Source of the DNA: Telmatocola sphagniphila
GTDB taxonomy: Bacteria > Planctomycetota > Planctomycetia > Gemmatales > Gemmataceae
Assembly (NCBI RefSeq): GCF_018398935.1
Contig: NZ_CP074694.1
Location: forward strand, 3,900,001 to 3,932,000
Direction of reading: 5' to 3'
Length of the DNA stretch: 32,000 bases
Numbering within the stretch: the stretch's first letter is position 1; every line of letters starts with the position of its first letter. A program made the position numbers and the translations under genes. Shown piece by piece: positions 16,467-24,300 of this stretch. The notes beneath the pieces are model-generated. The model saw only the letters and a program-made list of their open reading frames with translations. It ran no database searches and had not been told where the DNA came from.

Positions 16467-17834
16467 ATGAGCAGGAAAGAGAAACCGTCGTCAGTGCCAG
16501 TGGCTAAGCAAGGCGGAGAAGCCGGCGACCGAACTCCGGGAACCGTTAGTAGGGTCCGAGAGCAATGGTCGTGGGCGGAACCTGCGGTGTGGACTGATCG
16601 GATGTTGAGTGCGCTCGAAGCGGGCGTTAAAGGAGGCGTCTGGTTTAGCTTGATGGACAAGGTGTGCAAGAAGAGGAACCTGAAGTCGTCGGCGACGAAA
16701 GTCATAGCGAATGCGGGTTCGGCAGGCGTGGATCATGTAAGTGTCGAGGCGTTTGCAAATCATTTGGACGAGAACCTGGAAGCTTTGGAGCGGACTTTAC
16801 GGGACGGAACCTACCGTCCTTCGGCGATCCGGCGAGCGGTAATTCCGAAGCCGGGGAGTGAAGAAGGCCGTCCTCTAGGAATTCCGACGGTTCGAGACCG
16901 GGTGGTTCAAGGCGCGATTCGTCAGGTGCTGGAACCGATTTTCGAGAAGGATTTCGCCTCGAATAGTTACGGCTTTCGTCCGGGCCGGGGCTGCAAAAAT
17001 GCCTTGCGAGAGGTGGACAGACTTCTGAAAGAAGGAGGCACGCATCTGGTGGATGTCGACATCAAGGGCTACTTCGACGCGATCGATCACGATCAGTTGA
17101 TGGATGTGCTGAAGCGGAAGATCGCGGACGGAACGCTACTAGGTCTGGTGGAACAATTTCTGAAAGCCGAGATATTCTCGCCGATGGGGAGTTGGGAGCC
17201 AGATTCGGGAGCGCCGCAAGGAGCGGTTTTGAGTCCGTTGTTGAGTAACGCCTATCTGGATCCTTTGGACCATTTGATGGAATCCCTAGGTTTTCGGATG
17301 GTGCGATACGCGGATGACATGGTGATCGTCTGCCGCAGTCGAGCGGAAGCGGAAGAAGCCCTGGCGACGTTGAGCCGCTGGTGCGAATCGGCCAAGCTAC
17401 AACTGCATCCGGAAAAGACGAGAGTGGTGGACACGCAGATCGAGAGTTTCGAATTTCTAGGCTATTGCTTTGGAGTTTATAAAGGACAACGTCTGATATA
17501 TCCTCGGAAGCGAAGTCTGGAGAAACTTCGGGATGCGATTCGCGCGAAAACGAAGCGGAAAAGAGGCGATAGCCTGTCGCAGATCGTCCGCGACGTGAGC
17601 GTAACGCTACGAGGCTGGTACGGATACTTCAAGCACAGCAAAAAGGGGATCTTTCGGGACGTGGATAAATGGACTCGAATGCGGCTGCGGTGCATACTGC
17701 GTCGTCGTCTGGGTCACGATTGCAGAAGCCGAAAGAGAGATAACTTCAAGTGGCCCAAAGCTTACTTTGCCGAGGCGGGACTGTTCTCCCTGGAACAGGC
17801 ACATCGTCTGGAATCTCAATCCCTCAAGGGGTAA
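16467..17834 (+). CDS. group II intron reverse transcriptase/maturase (no endonuclease domain evident)
   Basis: 455 aa. Motifs are WTDRMLSALEAGVKGGVWFSLMDKV, AGVDHVSVEAF, RAVIPKPGSEEGRPLGIPTVRDRVVQ and VRYADDMVIVC, followed by a maturase-like C-terminus. Confidence 0.9.
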   Translation: MSRKEKPSSVPVAKQGGEAGDRTPGTVSRVREQWSWAEPAVWTDRMLSALEAGVKGGVWFSLMDKVCKKRNLKSSATKVIANAGSAGVDHVSVEAFANHLDENLEALERTLRDGTYRPSAIRRAVIPKPGSEEGRPLGIPTVRDRVVQGAIRQVLEPIFEKDFASNSYGFRPGRGCKNALREVDRLLKEGGTHLVDVDIKGYFDAIDHDQLMDVLKRKIADGTLLGLVEQFLKAEIFSPMGSWEPDSGAPQGAVLSPLLSNAYLDPLDHLMESLGFRMVRYADDMVIVCRSRAEAEEALATLSRWCESAKLQLHPEKTRVVDTQIESFEFLGYCFGVYKGQRLIYPRKRSLEKLRDAIRAKTKRKRGDSLSQIVRDVSVTLRGWYGYFKHSKKGIFRDVDKWTRMRLRCILRRRLGHDCRSRKRDNFKWPKAYFAEAGLFSLEQAHRLESQSLKG

Positions 17835-17849
17835 GACTACTGACCGGAA

Positions 17850-17882
17850 AGCCGGATGCGGGAGATCCGCCCGTCCGGTTTG
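17850..17882 (+). ncRNA. group II intron 2 domain V
   Basis: AGCCGGAUGCGG-GAGA-UCCGC-CC-GUCCGGUU matches the domain V consensus and lies 16 nt after the RT stop. Confidence 0.8.
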
Positions 17883-18051
17883 GAGGGAAGGGGGAGCCAT
17901 TAACTCCTCCTAGCCCTATACGGAAATTGGACGAGGATTGAGTCCTACAATTCGCAAAGATCAATAAAAAAAACAGCAAGTAACCAGTGCCACCCAAACT
18001 GTTACTCAATAACGACTTGAGTTGATTTAGTTAGGTTACCAGTGCCACCCC

Positions 18052-18652
18052 GCCGAACACCGGGGAATTTTGGAGCGGTCTGATGACCGAGACCGGGGTG
18101 TTGCGATGGGCCGGCGTAGACCGGCACGAGGCGCTGCCGTTCTCCGTTTATTGCCGAAGTGGTCCAAGAATATTTGCAGCGAGAAGGCGTGTTCGGCTTG
18201 TACTCTCCGCCGAGGAGGCCACAATATAACGGTGCGCTCGAAGCGGGCATTGGATCTTTGAGAAGTCGAATCGAACGTAGAGCTGCCTGGGAAGGCCATC
18301 CGGAAGTGTGGAACGCTGAGGATGTGGAGGCGGCTCGACGGGAAGCCAATGCCTTGGCTCGACCGAGAGGAGGTCTGGGTCCTACTCCCGAGACGCTTTG
18401 GAAAAGTCGGGAGAGAGTCGCGACAGAATCTCGCGATCAGTTCCGAGAGCTTGTTGAAATCCATCGGAACCGAGCTATGGAGGAGGAAGGAAAATCTCCT
18501 TCGGGAGTGTTGCTCGAGCAGGAAGCTCGCCGTATCGATCGAATTGCTTTACGCCGTGCTCTCGTCGATCACGGCGATCTTTTGTTCAAGAGAGGGCCAA
18601 TTCCTCTAGGTATTAAATCGCAAAAAACGGCAAATATTACGTGAGGGGTACA
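18052..18652 (+). repeat. right-arm repeat, copy 3 (601 bp; left side truncated at a CCAGTGCCACCC motif)
   Basis: Collinear with 13222-13822 with a few substitutions. Upstream flanks of copies 2 and 3 diverge immediately 5' of GCCGAA. Confidence 0.95.
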
Positions 18653-18881
18653 GATTCAAGGCCGTATGCCTGAAAATTTGGCAGAACAGCTAATTATGGA
18701 AGATGCATTTGAGGACGGCGGCCAAGTGATTATGAAAGGTCCTTTTGGTGATCCTTTGTATCAAGCCCCAGGCTGGGTTAAAAAGCAAATTACGCATACG
18801 CTGCCTGATGGAACAAAGATAGTAGTACATTATATGCACAACACGATTACTGGTGAAATTGCTCAGGTTAAATTCAAGTAG
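18653..18881 (+). CDS. 5'-truncated polymorphic toxin module 3: short C-terminal toxin tip (family unassigned)
   Basis: The frame is open from 18645, directly after the arm's TGA; the listed ATG is 18666. The ~75-aa peptide is ...GPFGDPLYQAPGWVKKQITHTLPDGTKIVVHYMHNTITGEIAQVKFK. It is AT-rich and an immunity-sized ORF follows. Confidence 0.4.
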
Positions 18882-18913
18882 CCTAGTAATTCCCAATTAG
18901 CGAAAGACTGAGA

Positions 18914-19351
18914 ATGAAGATTGAATGTATTTCAAAATCTGCAATCACTTTGCCAGTAGACTTGATTCGTCCCGAGCTCGGACTCGGTAGAGATCGCATT
19001 TTTTCTTTAATTACTGGAAAGCAATATGTCGTATATGGTATTACATGTTACCTCGGTCATTTATGGTACTATATTTGTGATGAAGACTACTCTTACTATC
19101 CAATATGGAACCCGGCCCCATTATTTAGAATAACAGACAATCGAATATCTAAGTACTGGGAAATAGGCGAATATCTAATAGGCTCCTCAGAAATAATCCC
19201 GATTATTTCTTTCAGCGAATGGGTACAAAATCCCATATTTTATGATCTGCTAACAGATAGGGAGCAATCCGCCGTACAAACATTTATAAAATACAAGAAG
19301 TTGATTGATGAAGAATCTAACATAATTGATCAGGATGATGCGCAACTGTAG
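18914..19351 (+). CDS. putative immunity protein 3
   Basis: 145-aa AT-rich ORF, 32 nt downstream of toxin tip 3 on the same strand. The call rests on position. Confidence 0.45.
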   Translation: MKIECISKSAITLPVDLIRPELGLGRDRIFSLITGKQYVVYGITCYLGHLWYYICDEDYSYYPIWNPAPLFRITDNRISKYWEIGEYLIGSSEIIPIISFSEWVQNPIFYDLLTDREQSAVQTFIKYKKLIDEESNIIDQDDAQL

Positions 19352-19357
19352 ACGCTC

Positions 19358-19405
19358 TGTCCTGATCAAAAACCAGTACCGTCCTGGTCGAAAACCATGT
19401 CCAAC
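19358..19405 (+). repeat. GTCCTGRTCRAAAAC motif, two tandem copies, then TGTCC
   Basis: TGTCCTGATCAAAAACCAGTACCGTCCTGGTCGAAAACCATGTCC begins 7 nt after the immunity-3 stop. The same 16-mer (TGTCCTGGTCAAAAAC + TGTCC) begins 5 nt after the immunity-1 stop, at 10975. Confidence 0.6.
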
Positions 19406-19492
19406 AGTCGGAGTGGATTTTTCGTGGTTAAAATCCAAGCTAAGATTGACCGGGGTTGTCTCAAAATAGGGGTTCGAATCCCAGCCGACTGA
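19405..19492 (+). other. tRNA-like remnant (acceptor pairing + GGTTCGAATCC T-loop, non-canonical core)
   Basis: CAGTCGG (19405-19411) pairs with CCGACTG (19485-19491), and GGGGTTCGAATCCC precedes it. However, the T stem has only 3 bp, the D-arm region forms an 8-bp hairpin, and no anticodon arm folds. Confidence 0.25.
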
Positions 19493-19837
19493 TACGATGG
19501 TTGAATTCTTGCGGTTCAGCGCGCGGAGTCGCCTTGGGAAGTTCGGATGATTTTGACTTTATGCCGCTCGGCGATAGCTTTTCAGAAGTCCGCCGAGCCG
19601 TTCTTGCACAAAACGCTGCTGAATTGCTTCACCAATCCGATGGCATTCGTGAATAGTATCCGATGCCCGCTTCGATTATTTGAGGGCGAAGATGGAAGAG
19701 ACGTCAATATTCCTCTGGCTCTGGCCGCTCGGAAAGCCGGTAAGGACTGCGAAATTGTAAACGTTACGGGAAATCATCAAGAGATGGTTTCGCCATCGGT
19801 CAAGAAATTAATCGAGTGGTTCCGGCAGTTGAAATAG
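19456..19837 (+). pseudogene. alpha/beta-hydrolase-like gene fragment (C-terminal part)
   Basis: The 96-aa ORF ends ...PLRLFEGEDGRDVNIPLALAARKAGKDCEIVNVTGNHQEM, like the distal Asp/His region of dienelactone-hydrolase/peptidase S9-type folds. Upstream sequence is in another frame, and no N-terminal nucleophile region is present. Confidence 0.3.
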
Positions 19838-19945
19838 CTCTGCAAAAAATTGTTTTTCCCTTTGCAGCAATAACAATTTCAAAAACTGTGAATATCCCTT
19901 AATTTTCGATAGCTACAAACAGATCTTATTAACATTGCTGCAGCA

Positions 19946-20148
19946 TTAGGCCACCGAGATCGTGCTCCGGTCGATGCCCAGAGCCTCGCCGATCTTCGCC
20001 TGTGTGCCCGGTGAGGCACATGTTGGCGATGATCCCCAGACGGGCATGATCGTAGACTTCCTTGCGTTGTGACTTGGTGGCGCGAGGCGGGGGCGGGAGC
20101 CGCTTCGTCAACTTCGGACGGGGATGGTTCGGTGTTTTTTTTGGCCAT
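19946..20148 (-). pseudogene. small HTH protein gene with two frame disruptions
   Basis: Reading from ATG 20148, changing A8 to A7 (20135-20142) and adding one CA to CACACA (20001-20006) gives a 67-aa product: MAKKTPNHPRPKLTKRLPPPPRATKSQRKEVYDHARLGIIANMCLTGHTQAKIGEALGIDRSTISVA. It has a typical HTH end. Confidence 0.4.
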
Positions 20149-20308
20149 GGCAGTGTGCAGGGAGTTAGTGTGCAAGCTCCCCGATTATGCCAAACGGGTC
20201 CGAACTGGGTGAGAAGCTACCGTTCCAAATAGATTTGGAAAGTGAATTTAGATTCGATTCACTCAACAGCTGAAGCAAGATCGAGAATGGAAGGCGCGAA
20301 ATTGTGGT

Positions 20309-20835
20309 TCAATTAAGCAGAGACTGAATGTTCTTGAGAACGTAGTCAAATAAGAATTGATCTGAGCAATTTTTGGAATGAGCGTTGAGTCTGATAAGTA
20401 CGTACACTCCTACAACATTTCCTCCGATACCTCCCCCCCAGGTTGTTCCAGTTGTCGCTCCGAAGGATTTATTTTTGAGTCCAATCCCTAGAGTTCTGGG
20501 TACTACACTAACGATCTCCCAACCATCGAGCCCCAATTTGGGAAGCAATCCGAGACTGAACCCTGAACACACCATTTCGTCGAGGACTTTTGAATCGATC
20601 TCAAGGTAAACACTTTCATACAAAACCACCTGTTCGCCATCCAAGATCCTTTTCTTGATCGCCTTGGCGAGGGTAAGAGCTTTATTTTTGCGTTCCTGAT
20701 TATCTTTCTCATTTTTTCGCGTTGCTCCTCGGCTGCAGCAACCTGCTCTCGATGAATTAGAATCAGGCAGTCAAAGCAATATTTTTTCATGGAAATTAGG
20801 CCCAGTGAAGCTCCACATCTTTTACATTTGGGCAT
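20309..20835 (-). pseudogene. zinc-ribbon + coiled-coil + Gly-rich C-terminal domain protein, frameshifted at an A6 run
   Basis: ATG 20835 has GGGAG upstream (MPKCKRCG...CFDC). Adding one A at 20712-20717 fuses this ORF to the 20309..20644 ORF (..QREKNEKDNQERKNKALTLAKAIKKRILDGEQVVLYE..GWEIVSVVP..WGGGIGGNVVGVYVLI), giving 176 aa in total. Confidence 0.5.
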
Positions 20836-20979
20836 CTTAAACTCCCGTTTCGCGATCTTTGAATAAGAATTTTCAGTGTCTACTTTATTGGCCGAAACGA
20901 TCATGGAAGTTCGATTGAGGAAAGCCGTCGAATCGAGATTTGCGGCCCAGATTGGTCGTCTAGTTGATGTTCCTTTTAG

Positions 20980-21216
20980 TCAGAACAAATTGCTTAAGCT
21001 GACTCTAAGATTCCGGGCGATGATCCGAAGGTTGAGTATGGAGAGGTTGCGTTCCCCACGTTCCACGGAACCGATAAATGTTCGGTGCAGCTGACATTTC
21101 TCAGCTAGTTCCGCTTGGGTTAAGCCCTTTTTTTCACGGATTTCGCGTATCCGGGAACCGAGCTGGAACAGGAATGCTTGATCGTCGAGATTCATGCTTG
21201 ACGAACATGCTGCCAT
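20980..21216 (-). CDS. XRE-family (Cro/CI-type) HTH transcriptional regulator
   Basis: LGSRIREIREKKGLTQAELAEKCQLHRTFIGSVERGERNLSILNLRIIARNL is a canonical HTH_3 pattern. The likely start is MNLDDQ at 21195. It is divergent from the 21393 gene. Confidence 0.85.
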   Translation of the reverse strand: MAACSSSMNLDDQAFLFQLGSRIREIREKKGLTQAELAEKCQLHRTFIGSVERGERNLSILNLRIIARNLRVSLSNLF

Positions 21217-21392
21217 TAGTCATGATGTGTTTAAGTAGCATTTTGGTGATGCGTTTAAGTTTCCCCTAAGTGAAGAACTGGCCCATATGAGGAAAATCGG
21301 AGATTTTGATTCAGCCTCTGGTTCCAAAAGCGTCCCAAATCTGAACTTTTGAATTCATTCTCTTGAATCTGCAAAAAGGATAGTTCGTTCAA

Positions 21393-24300
21393 ATGAGACT
21401 CGCCCATAGAGCCAATTTGGTTGCTGGTTTGCTCTTCTTGATCTCGTTGATTTCTCGGCTTGGCTGGTTTCAGACTAGCCATTCACATGCGCCACCCGAC
21501 CCAGAGAGTGCGATACTCTTTCCCGCCCTAATCCCTCCGACGGGATCAGAACGGTCCTATTATGAAGAGCTTTATCAACGCGATCCTAAGGCCATGGACT
21601 TCTATCTCCGTCTTACTCCGGCTGAGGTGCGGCGAGAAGCGTTGAATATTTTGGCCGAAAAAGAACTCCAGAAGCAACCCTGCGTCCGCTTCGAACTCCT
21701 TAAGATTATTGCTCATCAATCGGCGACAACAGCCCCAGAAAAAGCCCGCTTTCTGATCGCTCAAACCGCTTATCTGAAAACTCTCGAGAATGCTCCCGAG
21801 CGACAGAAAATCTATCTCAAGTCCTTGAGCGAAGATCCTCAGGCGGTCCGCAGCGGTTTCACCGCCTGGGACCAGTCAATTCGCACCGTCCTTGCGGATC
21901 CAGATCTTTGGTCCTTTTACCAACAAGAGAAACGCACTCAACCCCACCCCTTCTGGCTGGATGAAACGTTACTAGCGATTGTCCAAGTGAAGAAAGATGG
22001 TCAGGATCTCGTCCATAGTCCGGAATTAATACGTGAGATCGTTAGCACTGCCCGGCAGCATGGTCCAATAGCTCGTCAAATTGTCCGGGATCTCAACCTG
22101 GGTGCGGAGGGGATGCTCCTGCTGCTACAGTATGGTCCCCTGATTGAGAGAGCGGTTCACGAGCAACTGGATCTTCAAGAAGTGCTCGAAATCCTCTATG
22201 CCAATCCCGGCGAATTCGATCAGGGGGAACCATCGGAGTTGGCCCTGCAATTGAAAGAGATCTATTCGAAGAAACCGGTTGTTTGGCGGGCGGCACGCTG
22301 CTTTCCCTTATGCTGGAAACTTAACCGAGAGTATCCGATGGAGGCTTCGCGACTGTTGGAACAATTTGCGATCGATGATATTGCGAGCTTTCTCTATCTA
22401 TACTACCCGGACCAAATGCCGGAAGCTATCGCCGCACTGCGATCGACGGGCGATGCGGCCTGGGGTACTCTGAAATACTTCGCCGAACTCAAGAGCGATA
22501 ATCGGGAAATATTTAAGGAGATCCTGAAAAAACAAGGTTGGCGAGTCGTTCCCTACCTGTTGAAAAACGGCGAATCCGGATTACAGCGTCTAAGAGAAAA
22601 CCCCGACGATACCCGATGGCTGGATAAAGATTTCGATTCCGAAGGAAACATCGTCAATCAGGGATGGGCAGCGGAACTCCCCATCATTTCCGGTCCGTTT
22701 CTAGCTCTGCGACATGGAATCAACGGCACTCTCGACTGGGATGAAGCCGGCTGGGCGGCCTTAGATTTGTCCGAAGCGGCGGCCTTGGTTGGAACCTCGG
22801 GAGTTTCACTAATCTGGTCGGGGGCAAAGAATTCTGCCAAGATTGGTGCGAAGCAAGTACTGAAACGTGTTCAATCTCAGCAAGCTCGGGAATTTCTATT
22901 GAAAGAAGCTCGGTCAATGGCTTCTAAGCCCTCGATCAGTCGCTCCGCTCAACGCCAAACCTTCCGCGAAAAGGCTCTACCTTCGTTGTTCTCTAGATCC
23001 TCGACCCAGGCGACTTTCCAGAAGTATGTGATTTCGCGGGGTTCCCGTCTAGTCTCTCAAAATAACCGGAATTCACTTCAGAAAAGTTTCGAAAAAATCA
23101 AAGCATCAGTTCGCAAAATCGATGAGAAAATTTCGCAACTCAAGGATCCAAATAAAAATAGGGGAGCCTTCGGTCCCAATGATCCGACCTTCCAGGAAAA
23201 TTTACCCCACAACTTACCCCACAACGAACAATTTGTTAGCTACCTGAAGAATCCTGATAGCCTCTCAGTTCTTCAAGATCAGCTTTTCGAAGTCGCTCTT
23301 CTCAGTCGCTGGGATTCCGATTTAGAGCATATCCAGCAAGAACAAGACTCAACCGATTGCTTGGATTTAGACTCAAAGAAACTGGCTGAGGAGATGGCTT
23401 CTTTCTGGAGGCCGTCTCCTGCGTCGACAACTTCCCGGCCGGCTTCGAAAGTATTCCTCCGGATTGCTGCCGGAGCAAGTCTCATCGCACTGGTAGTGTT
23501 ATTGGTGACAGGGAAGAATAGATTCCGTCGCTCGAAGATATCTTGGTTGGTAGGGATCGGGAATTTAGTTATCCTGGGTTTCTGCCTCTTGGAGTATTGG
23601 AACCCGCATTTGCGGTCGGTAACTGCTACAGAACAGGCTTTAGCCCGGTTGAGCGATGACCAGGTGTGCTGGGAGCAGCGACTTTCGGAGGTCTTGGATA
23701 CACCCGATGAGGCGTTACAACAGGAACGCAATCGATTGGTGAATTCTCTACTGGAGGACTTTCACAAACAACTTACAGAAGGATCTGGTCTCACCGATCT
23801 CAAAAATAAAGAAGAGTCGCTCCGTGTTCTCAAACCCTTTTTCCCACTACACGCCCGCGTTCAATTGGAGGACTTGATAGTCCAAGCCAGTCAAAAACGA
23901 GAGGAGAAGGATCTCCAGAAGGTAAAGGTGGAGTTCGATTCCAGACTAGCTCCCTTTAAGGAGTCGGCCCAAAGATTCCTTAAGGAACACCCCAATTCCT
24001 CATCCAAAGCCCAGGTGCTCGGCTGGATCAACGAGAGGATTGGCAAAGATATCCGCGAGCTCAAACTTAAGATCCAGCAGATTGATAGCAGTACCCCCAC
24101 TGGAATAGCAGAACGGCTCTCAGAACTTTCCAAACTCCGAGATCAATTAAGTCCTCAGGATCCGGAACGAGCCAGGATCGCCGCTGCGATAAAAGTGGCT
24201 CATCGCCTAGCAACCGAAGAAGAATTCACGATCGTGCTCCACAATTCCGGAGAATTTAGGGTAGCTGAATTCCATCGGGTCGTGGTTTACAGCGGCGACG

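Larger units (their letters stand above)
15996..17919 (+). mobile_element. group II intron 2 with intron-encoded RT/maturase (5' boundary uncertain, 15996-16003)
   Basis: Domain V is at 17850-17882. Domain VI is AGGG-AA-GGGGGAG-CCAUUAA-CUCCUCC-UAG-CCCU-AU, with a bulged A 7 nt before a 3' end in AU at 17919. The 5' region reads GUGCC-ACGCGCCCGUGAC, with no clean GUGYG. It sits directly after an 8-bp hairpin. Confidence 0.75.
15669..18050. repeat. cluster of GGGTGGCACTGG motifs; possible ends of an uncharacterised non-autonomous element hosting intron 2
   Basis: Plus-orientation copies are at 15669, 15724, 15820, 15875 and (degenerate) 15946. Inverted copies are at 15993, 17984 and 18039. The outermost copies form an inverted pair (GGGTGACACTGG / CCAGTGCCACCC). 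Hairpins lie at 15727-15751 and 15979-15999. Confidence 0.45.

Noticed and set aside
11266-17834. The two reverse transcriptases as retron, DGR or defence-associated RTs
   Set aside because: Both are embedded in RNAs with canonical domain V/VI and carry maturase-like C-termini and YADD motifs typical of group II introns. I saw no template/variable repeat pair and no msr/msd-like structure.
8927-18652. CRISPR-like reading of three direct repeats separated by unique DNA
   Set aside because: The repeats are 514-601 bp and protein-coding, and the unique intervals are 3.9-4.4 kb. This is not CRISPR geometry, and no cas genes are present.
19405-19492. A functional tRNA gene
   Set aside because: The T stem has only 3 bp, and there is no D arm or anticodon arm of canonical dimensions. 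I kept it only as a tRNA-like remnant.
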